NCBI GenBank assembly: GCA_963813065.1
Contig: CAWEXP010000010.1
Coordinates: 96,250 to 160,249, forward strand
DNA length: 64,000 nt
Source of the DNA: Candidatus Kaiserbacteria bacterium
GTDB lineage: Bacteria > Patescibacteriota > Minisyncoccia > Phycocordibacterales > Phycocordibacteraceae
Direction: 5' to 3'
The notes beneath the pieces were generated by a model. It did no database searches. It was not told where the DNA came from and worked only from the letters and a program-made list of their open reading frames with translations. Shown here in pieces: positions 19,603 through 32,200 of the stretch. Made by a program: the position numbers and the translations under genes. The first letter of the stretch is position 1. Every line of letters begins with the position of its first letter.

Positions 19603-20212
19603 CGTATTTTATAATTTTCTCGTCTCGGATAGCAGAGATATAAAAATAGAACAGAAAGAAGTGAATTGAGTCTAAAATGCTCAAACCAATTGATGCTGAA
19701 GCATACTAAGTAGTTTGCTGATCAATTTTTGAATGATGGCCCTGATGTGAGAATTTGGAGTAATTATCTATTTCTTTTACTCACCTGTGAATATTGTATA
19801 TAAAGAATGCCTCTCCCCGTGTGTAAGAACCAACGTGTAGTATTTTTATACTTCTACAAGCACATCGATACATACAATACATACGTTATAGCTAGGCTTT
19901 ATAAGCCAATGTCGGAGAGCCGTCCTGCTGATCTAAATATATAGTCTCTATTTCAAATTTTTGCGCAAATATATCTCAGATCGTCATCGCCGAGGTCATT
20001 TTAACTCATCTGAATTGTTCCGAGGCTTATGCTTGTGCTGTCAGCGTGACTTCGTCGATTTTGGAGGTGCTGATCTATACAGAAAACATCCTTACTCGCC
20101 CATTTATTTTCCGTACAAAAAATTCTCGAAAAAACTGCTTTGACTATCCACAAGCAAACACTAACGGATACCGGATAAACCAGATAAACTATAGTTAATT
20201 CGGTTATCCGAC
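19603..20212 (+). promoter_or_regulatory. 610-bp AT-rich, non-coding leader upstream of the giant surface-protein gene (candidate promoter/regulatory region)
   Basis: Sharp local drop in GC, no ORF longer than 60 codons, and several short inverted repeats (for example CGGATAAACC...GGTTATCCG just before the ATG). Confidence 0.3.
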
Positions 20213-23200
20213 ATGAACCCTCTACTTGAAAATAATTTCATCACGACAAAAGAGGCTCATGATATTTCTGGGTACTCTCCGGACTATCTCGGACGACTCG
20301 CTCGATCAAAAAAAGTAGTTGCAAAAAGGATTGGCCGCGCGTGGCTTATCGAGCGGAGCTCTCTTGAGCATTTCATACAGAAACAAAACACGCGCAAGGT
20401 CGAATTCTCTAGGGAACTCTCGCGGACTCGCGAGAACGAGTATCATGCGGAGCAATCACTGATTGTCAAAACGGCGCGCGCACTCACGACGCCACTCTTG
20501 ACGCCATCGGTTCCGGTTGCCGCAAGCTCGTTCTCCCTCCGTAGGGAAGTCTTCGCTGTAGTAGCCGCATTTCTTGTGGTGGGAAGTGGCGCATTTATTG
20601 CACACGCAGGAAGCATCAGTGAACTCGGCGCATTCGGTAGCACGCTCGCACTCAAGTCTGCAGAAGGATTCCAAGCAGTAAGCAGTGCGCTCTCCGCGAC
20701 GATTCGTGAGCGAGTCGCGTTGGTGAACCGCACCGAGAGCGATGCGCATCTCGCCGCCGCGACGCGGATCAATCGCGCATCGGCGTCGGTCGCACCGATT
20801 GCATTCACCGTGCCGAGCAATACTGCGCTCGCTCTGCGTACGGGCGCGAGCCAGATTGCGATCAACACCGTGCGGGTCGCCGAACTGGTCCACGTATCCG
20901 CACCCGCACGCGTTGCGGTCTCGGTCCCAACCGTGCAAGAAATACTTTCTGCCATTGAACACGCGCCACTCGATGCAACACTTGCGCTTGGTAACACCAT
21001 CATCGCAGTGACGCACGCGAGCATTGGTGGCGAGGTATCGCTCGCGTATGGATTCGCCAATGGCGCGCCGATAGTCGCACAAGGGAGCGTCGCGCTCATC
21101 GAAGAGTCTGGTGCAGAACTCGCACTCGCGACCGCGCACCTCCCGAGCATCGCGACGGCTCTGTATCTCGGTAGCGCTGGAGCAATCGCGAACGCGGCAC
21201 CCACAGTTGCGAACGCGGCGTGGAGTCAGGAATACGCACTCGCACAGAACTTCGTTGCGGGGACGAACACGATCCTCGCACTCGACTGGGGCGCGCTCGC
21301 GGGCACGAGCGATATTGCCGGCACGATTGCAGTCACCACGACGCAGATAGGCGCAAAAATTGCAGCAGTTGCGCCGCAATTCTCGGCTATTGCTGAAGAT
21401 CGCGTGCTCGGCGCACTGGGCAAAACAGCACTCGCGCTCGACCAGCTCACACCCACCATCATCCGGACACCGCTCAATCGCCTCGCCGTTGCCGCGGTCG
21501 CCGCCGCACTGCCGCCGCTCTCGGCAGGCGAGCAGGCGGCGCTCTCGACCTACATGACCATCAACAGCCTCTTCAAGAGCGCCTCGGATGAACTCGCCCT
21601 CATTCTCTCACCCGAACCAAATATTATTTTGCCGAGCCCGGTCGCGATTACGCACCCCGCACCAATCACCGCGACCAGTTCGGCGGTGCGTACCATCGCG
21701 ACACGCGCGACCTACAACACCATCGTGCAGGGTGTCTCGCAGAATTATGTTGACCAGTCAATCGCGGATGCAAAAAATAATTTGATCGCGCAGATGAACG
21801 CGCTCGTCGCACCGCTCTCGCGGCAGGTCGTGACCAACGAGACCACCATCCAGCAGGTGAACATGATCCAGTCGCTCACGGACCTTATCCTCCACACGCC
21901 GGTAATCGATGGTGCACAGATTTCTAATTCTAACTTCGGCGGTCACACGGTCTCGGCGGACCTGGGCACCTTCGGCTCGCTCATTGCGATTGCGGCGAAT
22001 CTCGGCAGTACGACGGTGAACACACTCAATGTGATGGGCGACACCACGCTCGCGGGCAATCTCACCATCGGTGGCAACACCACACTCGGCTCTACCACCA
22101 TCGCCAGCAGTTCTATCGCCTCGCTTACGGCAACGAACGCGACAATCACGAATGCAACCACTACCAATCTCATCGCGCAGAATTTTTCGATCACCGGCAC
22201 GGGCGCAAACATTTTGCTCTCGACTGATTCACTCGGTCACGTCACGGGCACGACGACGCCCTCGGTCGCCGCACTCTTCGCGACCTCGACCACGGCCACC
22301 TCGACCTTCGCGGGCGGCCTCGCCGTTGGAAATAATTTCTTAAACATTCTCCAGAACGGTCGCATCGGCATCGGCACTTCGACGCCCGCGGTCGCCTTCG
22401 ACATCTACGCCACGGACGCCATGCGACTCCCCGTCGGCACGTCGCTAGATTGTCCGGCCGTGGGCGACGTCGGGTACGTTCGCTACAACACCACCACGCA
22501 CCAGTTCGAAGGCTTCGGCGATAACCAAGTCTGGCAAGGGCTCGGCGGCGTCATCAACGCGGCGCAGACCACCTACATCACCGCAGACGATGCGAATATT
22601 CTCCACTTCGTCACCAACTCTACCGAGCGCATGAGCATCCTTGCCAACGGCAACGTCGGCATCGGCTCGACAACGCCATTTTCTCGCCTCTCGCTCGCGG
22701 GCCTCGCGGGCGACAGTACGAATCTTTTCACTATTTCTACTTCCACATCGAATTCAACCACCACTGCACTGACTGTCGACAACAACGGCAATCTCTCATT
22801 GCTGAACGGCACCACGCTCACGGCACCGACCATCAATGCGGGCACGGCTCTGCAATTGAATGGCACCAACATCAATACCGCCGGCACGCTCTCGAATGTT
22901 GCATACCTCAATCAGGCGCAGACCTTCTCACAGCTCCAGCAGTTCGCGGGCGGTGCCTCCTCCACCGCGCTCGCGCTCAATTACACCTTCGGCGGTACGG
23001 CGCCGCTCACCATCATGCAGAATGGTATCTCGACGCCGGTCTTCACTATTGACCACTCGGGCCTCCTCACTGCTTCGCCCTCGACTGCCACCTCGGGCGG
23101 GGCGCTCTTCAACTTCGGCAACGGCTCCGGGCAAGTCTTCTCGGGTGGCACCGCGTTCCTGCTCAATCCTGCGACCGTCGATGGAACCAGCTATCTCCTT

Positions 23201-26200
23201 GCCGCACAGATTGGCGGAAACACCAAGTTCGTCATCGACCACAGCGGTAGCGTGGGCATTGGCAACAACAATCCGGGCAAGACGCTCGATGTCACAGGCA
23301 CCACGCGCATCTCGGGCGTGCTCACGCTCTCTGGGCTCGGCTCGCCCTGCGTCGGCGCGCAAGCTCTGCAGGCTGACTCCTTGGGCAATATTTCCTGCGG
23401 TTCTATTTCAACCACGGGCATCTCGAGTGCCGGTGGCTGGACCACCAACAATGTCGGTCTCGTGACGCTCTCGACTAGCACCGACGCCGTTGCGCTTGGC
23501 GCGACCTCCACTCCGTATGCCAAGTTCGTCGTCATCGGCAGTAAGACCGCGAGCACCACACTCGCCATCATTCCTTTCGCCGGACAGACCGCGAACATTC
23601 TCGATCTCTACAACAACAGCGGCAACCTTTTCTCGGTCATCACCGGCAATGGCAATATCGGCATCGGCACCTCTACTCCGGCCTCGAGCGTAGATATTTA
23701 TGCCACCGACGCGCTCCACTTGCCGGTGGGCACGAGCGCACAGCGCCCCGCGATGGCGCTCGCCGGTCAGGTCCGCTACAACACCACGACGCACCAGTTC
23801 GAGGGCTTCGGCGATAACTCGGTCTGGCAAGGGCTCGGTGGCGTCATCAACGCCGCGCAGACCAGCTACATCACGGCTGACGCCTCCGACTTCCTCCACT
23901 TCGTCACCGCTTCCATCGAGCGCATGACCATCGCGAGCAATGGGAATGTGGGAATTGGAAGCACCTCGCCCTACGCCGCGCTCTCTGTCTCCACTTCGAC
24001 TTCGTATTACGCCGGCCAAACCCTCTTCGCCATTGCGAACTCCGCGAGCTCGACGCTCCTCTCGGTACTCGGCAATGGCAACGTCGGCATCGGCACCACG
24101 ACTCCCGGTACGCTGCTCGGCGTCCAAGGGACTGGCGTATTTGCAGGCAATCTCTATGCGACCAATATCGTCGCGACTTCGTCAATCACTGCACCGAGCC
24201 TCACGCTCGCCTCCGCTCTCACCGTCCCCAACGGCGGCACGGGCCAGGTTTCGTTCCCCTCCGGCAACCTTATATATGGAGCGGGCACGGGCGCTCTGCA
24301 ATCGGCCGCCACCACCACCCTCACTACCGGCGGCGCGCTCTCGTTCTCGGCAAATCCTGTCATCATTGGTGCCTCTTCACCATCCCTCTCGCTTTCTAAT
24401 AACTCCACTCTCACCACCTCGGGCAACACCCTCGGCATCAACCTCGCGAATCCGAACATTTACACCGCGCTCCAGACCTTCGCCAATGCCTCCTCGACCC
24501 TCTTCTCCTCCACCTACGCCTCCTCGACTAACGCCTTCTTCGGCACTTTGAGCGTCGGCGGCTCTGCGACGATTAGCTCTCTCTCGGTGGGGAATCTGAA
24601 CGGACTCCTTTCCGGCACGAACGGGGCAGTCTCTGCTACGGCCAACGGCACCAACGGCCAAGTGCTCGCTATGAGCGGCGGCATACCGACCTGGGTCGCC
24701 TCGACCACACTCGCCAACATCAGCGGCACGCTCGGTGTCGCGAGCGGCGGCACAGGAAGCGCAGTCACCTTCACCCAGGGCTCCGCGATATTTGCGGGAG
24801 CGGGCGGTATCTATTCGCAAGACAACGCCAACTACTTCTATGACGCGATTAATCATCGCCTCGGTCTCGGGACAACATCACCCTACGCCCAGCTCTCCGT
24901 CTTCGCGGGTGGCGACTATCTCTCGCACGCGTTCTCGACACTCTTCGCCATCGGCTCTTCCACGGCAGGCACAGCGACCACCACGCTATTCTCCGTCGAT
25001 AGCGCGGGCAATGTGAACGAGGGTACCGCGGCCGCGACCACGACTATCGCAGGTGGCCTCTTCGTCACTGGCACGGCGGACGTGGAGAACTCCATACTCG
25101 GCAGCCTCACCTTCGCGAACGACGCGGGCGCTGGTTTGAGCTGGATGAATCTCCCCCTCCTCTCCGCAGCCGCCGCCACGCCCGAGAGCTACTCCGCGAG
25201 CATCGCCGGCACGCCCATCCTCACTGTCTACGGCACCTCAAACGGCTCTGGGGGCGTCGCCTCCTACGGTGTCGGCATCGGGACGACGGTACCCCTGTCA
25301 AAGCTTGATGTAAATGGCGGTGTGGCAATCGGTGCGTATGCCGGCGCTAACGCCGCGCCGTCGAACGGGATGATAATAAGCGGCAACGTCGGCATCGGCA
25401 CTACCTCGCCCTACGCAAATCTCTCGGTGATGGCGGGCGGCGACTACGCAAATCACGCACCCTCGACGGTATTTGCGATTGGTTCTTCGACCGCAGGCAC
25501 GGCGACGACGACGCTGTTTAGCGTGAACTCGAACGGGAATGTGAATGCGCTCGGCTATTTGCGGGTGGGATCGACTGCAACACCTGCGAACACGACCGCA
25601 GGCGACCTTACCGCCACGCGACTTTCTATTGGCAACAGTTCGCTGAGCAATGCCGCGACTGACTTTGGTCTTGTGACAGGGACGATGAGCGCAACCTCGG
25701 GCGGCGATATTGGCTTCTATATCAATCCAACTATCGCACCCGTCTCTGACTCAAGCGCCGAGTTCCGCGCCTTCAACATGAACGCGACGATAAATGCCGC
25801 AGGCATCAACTTCACCGGCTCTAACCTCACCTCTCCAGAAGCGCTCCGTAACGAGGTTCGTGTCACTAACTCCGGCAATATAACCGAGGTGCATGGCGCG
25901 ACGATGTACGGTCTCGTCCTCGGGAGTGCTGCTGCAACCATGGGCACGGTGACGGCGGTGACCGGGATATATGTGCGCGCGGTAGACTCCTTCAGCAACG
26001 CTCTCACATCAACAATCTCTAATGCTTATGGCATCCGCATATCCAACAATTCCAACTCGGGGACCGGGCCGCTCACGTACACTAACCAGGCAGGACTCAC
26101 GGTAGAGGCGCAGACCACCGCGACCAACAACACCGGCATTCTGCTCGGTACCGCCACCATCCCCACCGGCAACTTCGGCATCTATAACTCCTCGACCAAT

Positions 26201-29200
26201 AACAACTACTTCGCGGGCAACCTTGGTGTCGGCGTCACTTCGCCCAGCTACAAGCTCGACGTCGCGGGATTCATCAACACCGACCAGTACAGCGGCTACA
26301 AGCAGGCGGGAAATACGGTCTTGTATGCGAGCACGACGAACGCGAGTCTTGCGGTGGGTGCATCGAGCGCAGCTGCATGGATGGCGGCGAGCTCCACACT
26401 TCTTTACAATATCGCTATCGGCAGTGGCGCACTCAACACAGCTCCCACTTCTGCCGGTACGGCACAGTTCAACACTGCCATTGGTGCCAACTCGCTGTTG
26501 AGGCAACACCACGGGAAATAGAAACTTCGGGTTGGGGTTCAGTGCGCTCAACCTCAACACGAGTGGTTCCTACGACACAGGGATTGGTTACCTCGCCCTT
26601 AGCACCAACATTGCTGGTTCGAACAGCATCGGTATCGGCGGCAATGCTCTTCGTTTCAACACTGCCACAAATAATATTGTTGCTATAGGTCATGATGCGG
26701 CGTGGGGCAACACTGTCAGTTACTCAAACCAAGGCGGTACCTATATTGGTTATCAGTCTGGAGCTAATGCTTCTACCAACTCCGACTACAACACATTCTT
26801 GGGCTACCAGTCCGGTTTTGGAGTGACAACAGGTAATGACAATATTATCCTCGGCGTGAACCCTAATACGGGAGGTGGCAATAATCTCACCACTGGCGCC
26901 AATAACATCTTGATTGGCTACAACGCCATTGCGCCCTCGGGAGCCGCCGCCAACAACCAGCTCAACATCGGCAACTTCCTCTTCGGCACGGGGCTCACGG
27001 CAACTTCGTCTTCGACTTCGCTGCCCACGGCGCTCACCGGCAACTTGGGCCTCGGCACCTCCACTCCCTCTTCGACTCTCTTCGTGCAGAACAATTACGG
27101 TGCCGGCCCCGCCTTCACCATCGCCTCCTCCACCAACTCCTCGGGCACCACTGCCAACACCCTCCTTACTGTCTTGAATAATGGCAACGTCGGCATCGGG
27201 ACGACCTCGCCGCTCACCTCGCTCGATGTCGGCGGCCAGGTCACCTACGTCGGCCCATTCTCCGCCTCCAACATCCCGGTCGCTTCGTTCTCTGCGAACT
27301 CCAATGCGGTATCAGGGGTCCAGTTTACCAACGTCAACACCGGCACTGTTGCAGACTTCCGCTTCGCGATTGCCGACCAGACCGGCAACTACACTGCGCT
27401 CACGATGCCTTCCACCGGCAACGCCGCTGCTACCGTCTTTGGCCTCGCGCGAAGCACGGCGACGTTCCTCTTCAATAACGGCGGCACTACGCGCGCCTTC
27501 GGCATCGGGACGCTCGGTGCAAACGATCTCGTGCTCGGCACCAACGGCACTGATCGCCTCCACATCACCTCCGCCGGCAACGTCGGCATCGGCACCACCT
27601 CACCCTACGCCAATCTATCGGTGATGGCAGGGGGGAATTATGCGAGCCTCGCGCCAAGCACGGTCTTCGCGATTGGTTCGAGCACGGCGGGCACAGCGAC
27701 GTCGACACTATTCAGTATCAATAGCTCTGGTCTAGTGACAAATAATGGGAGCGAGACTATCGCGGGTAAACTTGGGATAAACAACACCAACCCGCAATAC
27801 ACTCTCGACGTCGCGGGCTTCATCAACACCGACCAGTACAGCGGCTACAAGCAGGCGGGGAACACCATTCTCTATGCGAGCACGACCAACAGCACGCTCG
27901 CCGTTGGTGCCTCAAGTGCGGCGGTATGGATGGCAGCCTCCTCGACGCAGTGGTATGACACAGCGGTCGGGTATGGCGCACTTGCTACGACACCCACCAC
28001 GGGCACAGCACAATATAACTTCGCGATCGGTTACCAAACCCTCAATTCCAACACTGCTGGACTCGGCAATACGGCGATTGGAATGCAATCCTTGCTAAAC
28101 AACAGCACTGGTTCCAATAATATTGCCATGGGTGGTGCTACTCTTGGTCAGAATACTACTGGCAGCAACAATACAGCTGTCGGTGTGAGTGTACTTCGTT
28201 ACAACACGCTCGCAGCAAACTCGACTGGTTTCGGTGCATACGCCGGATACGGTAACGCGCTCTCATACTCAAACACCGGCGGCACCTACATCGGCTTTAG
28301 AACAGGGTATTTTGCCTCCACCAACTCCGACTACAACACCTTCCTCGGATACCAGGCGGGGTATGACGTTACGACTGGCAATGACAACATAATCATAGGT
28401 GCGAACCCGAACACGAGTGGCTCCCACCTCACCACGGGGATGAACAACATCCTCATCGGGTACAACGCCATCGCGCCCGAGGGAGCGGCCGCGAATAACG
28501 ACCTCAACATCGGCAACATCATCTTCGGCACCGGGCTCACCGCGACGAGCTCGGCGACCACGGTGCCGACCGCGCTCTCGGGGCTCATCGGTATCGGGCA
28601 CGAGCACGCCGTGGGCGAATCTCTCAGTACAGAGCAATTACGGTAGCAGTGGGGTCGGCGCGACGACGACTCTCTTCGCCATCTCCTCATCCACCAATGC
28701 GAGCGGGAGCACGAGCAACGGCCTCTTCATCGTGCAAAACACACCCTATACCAATTCCAACGTGCGTGTGCTTGTCAACGAGAACCAACTACTAAACGTC
28801 AATGACACGATGGAGGTTAACGGCACGCTGAACGTCAATGCGCTCACTATCAACCAGGCGAGTCTCATCGGCAACACCAATGGCTACAGCTGGGTACGCG
28901 GCGCGGCCGCGCAGGGGATTGCTTTCCTCGTGAACGGCACGACTGGTGCCACAGCACCTACTGGCGCCGCAGCAGTCATCACTTCGGGAGGGAACGTCGG
29001 CATCGGGACGACGACTCCCGCATATCCTCTGGATGTAGTGGGAAGCGGCGAGCAGTTCGAGAACACATACCTTTCGTTGAATCCGTATGCGAGCACCAAC
29101 GCACAGATCTCAGTGAGCGGCGGCAGGGCTTACTTCGGCTATGACAGTTCGAACGGGAATGCGGTCGTACAGGGAGCTGGCGGCAAGGGAATCGAGTTTA

Positions 29201-32200
29201 ACGTCAGTAACTCCACTTTCGCCTCCGGCACTGCGGCAGTCCTCAGCTCAGCCGGTAACCTCGGCATCGGGACGACATCGCCTTACGCCAATCTCGCCAT
29301 ACAGAATAATTACGGCTCCAACAACACGACGCTCTTCTCGATTGGCTCCTCGACCGCGAGGAACGGGAGCACGGCGAGTACGCTACTCAAGGTGAGCAAC
29401 ACCGGCGCACTCACCCTCGCCAACTTGGCAGGGAATGCGAACGGGGTGGTCTATCCAGACGCCAACGGCACCCTCAACGTCACCGCCGCAGGCGGTGCAG
29501 GCACGCTCTGCCTCATCGCGACCAACGGCGGCGTGCCCACCTGGGGCTCCTGCGCAGGCTCGGCCTCCACGGTCTGGAGCCAGCTCTCCAACCCCACCGG
29601 CAATCTCGCGCTCTCGATGGGCGCCAACACTACCACCTTCACGGCCCAGAACACGGGCAGCAATAACCCCTTCACCTTCGCCGACAACACCAGCAACGCT
29701 GGCACGGGCATCCTAGTCAATATCGCGAGTGCGGCCTCCTCGGCCATCACGCCCTTCCAGGTCTCGGCGGTAGGGAATCCGGCGTTGACGGTCGCCGCCT
29801 CCGGCAACGTGGGCATCGGGACCACCTCTCCCTATGCCAATCTCTCGGTGATGGCGGGCGGTAATTATGCGAGCCAGGCGGCGAGTACGGTGTTTGCGAT
29901 TGGTTCCTCCACCGCGGGCACGGCGACGAGTACGTTGTTTAGTGTTAACAGCGCGGGGAATACGAACATTGCAGGGTCGCTGACAGTCGCGGGCAATCTT
30001 GTCTCGGTGCTCAATCAGACTGGCACTGGTAATGTGGTGTACTCGGCAAGCCCGAGCCTTACAGGAGGTCTATTCATTACGCCCGGTCCCCTTACGATGG
30101 GCACTTCAGGTCAACGAGGTGTTATTTCAGTACCACTTGCTAACCAAATACAGATAGGTCCGGCCGATGTTGATACGACTGCCGCTATGGGCGCCCAAAT
30201 CCTTCGTTCCCAAGGCGCGCTCGCAGGCGGCACGGCAGATCAGGCGGGCGTGAACTGGACATTCATCGCTTCGCCCGGCAAAGGTCTAGGTGCGGGCGGT
30301 TCCTTCGTCTTCCAGACGGTGCCCGCTGGTTTGGTGAGTAATACAGTCGTCAACGCGCCGGTTACAGCATTGGTTATTAATTCAGCGGGCCTCGTCGGCA
30401 TCGGGACTACATCCCCTTATGCGAAGCTCTCGGTGATGGTGGGAGGGAACTATGCGAGCCAGGCGGCGAGTACGGTGTTTGCGATTGGTTCCAGCACGGC
30501 GGGCACAGCGACGTCGACACTATTCAGTATCAATAGCTCTGGTCTAGTGACAAATAATGGGAGCGAGACTATCGCGGGTAAACTTGGGATAAACAACACC
30601 AACCCGCAATACACTCTCGACGTCGCGGGATTCATCAACACCGACCAGTACAGCGGCTACAAGCAGGCGGGGAATACGGTCTTGTATGCGAGTACGACGA
30701 ACGCGAGTCTTGCGGTGGGTGCATCGAGCGCAGCTGCATGGATGGCGGCGAGCCCGACCCTTTTACAGAATGTTGCCATTGGAGTCGGAGCTCTTGCGGC
30801 AACTCCGGCTGTGGGCTCACCTGGCGACCAGTACAACACGGCAATTGGCTATAACGCGCTCAATGCAAATACCACCGGCTCGTACAACTTCGCTCTCGGG
30901 TCTTGGGCGCTCCTCAACAATACAAGCGGTGTACGCAATACCGCTCTCGGTACGAGTGCTCTCTACACAAACAACGGTTCATACAATTCCGCATTTGGCA
31001 TGAATGCTCTTTATTCCAATACCACTGGCTCCAACAACACAGTTTTCGGTTATTCGGCAATTCGTTATGCATCCGCGGTAAACAACGTTACTGCAATCGG
31101 TTATCAAGCTGTAAGTGGGGGTACCACCTTCTCCAATCAAGGCGGCACCTACGTCGGTTATGGTTCAGGCTATTCGGCGGGCACCAACTCCGACTACAAC
31201 ACCTTCCTCGGGTACCAGGCGGGGTACCCCAACACCACAGGATTCGACAACATCCTGATAGGGGCGCAGAAGAACACCATCGGGGCAGGGTACCTCTCCA
31301 CCGGCGGGGACAACATCGGCATCGGTTTTAACACTCTCTTCCCGAGCGCGACCGCCAACAACCAGCTCAACATCGGCAACTTCCTCTATGGCACGCTCCC
31401 TGCCACTACCACCGCCTCCACCTTCGGCCTGCCGACCACCGGCAACTTCGGTATTGCCACCACCACCTCCGCACTCTTCGGCATCCACGCCAACAACGGC
31501 GCGAGCTACTCCTCGCTCTTCATGATTGGTTCTTCTACCGCGAGTGCGACTACCACGCTCTTCACGGTCTTGAACACGGGCAGCGTCGGCATCGGCACCA
31601 CCAGCCCGCAGTGGCTGCTCTCGCTCTCCGGCGGTGGGCAGAGGATTAAGGAGACGAGCGACATCCTGAACGCGTTCTCGATAGAGAACTCGGTCGGCTC
31701 TACGACCGTCGCCGCCGATACGATCGACACGAGCGGCAACATCTTCTCGGTCGCGACCAGCTCCGGCACCGATTACTTCGACGTCGCGGCGAACGGTAAC
31801 ATCGCGCTCTCGACGAGCGTGTACTCGACCTGTAGCAGTCTCTCCACCAGCGGTGGCGTCATCCAGTGCTCGGTCTCTGATCAGCGATTGAAGCAGAACA
31901 TCACCACGCTCGCGCCAGCGACTGGCCTCGCCGCCATCGACGCATTGAATCCGGTTTCCTACACCTTCATCGACCCGACGCGTCCGCAGGGCACGCAGTA
32001 CGGATTGATTGCGCAACAGGTACAACAAGTGCTCCCGGCGCTCGTCGCCACTTCCTCGCCGACGGCGCTCACGCCCGACGGTACGCTGACCGTGAACTAT
32101 GACGGCCTCATCGCGCCGCTTATCGAGGCAGTCCAACAGCTCGACGCGCGGACGAAGGGGATTTCGAATTCGGCTTCAAGCACCGTGATGACCTTCGACA

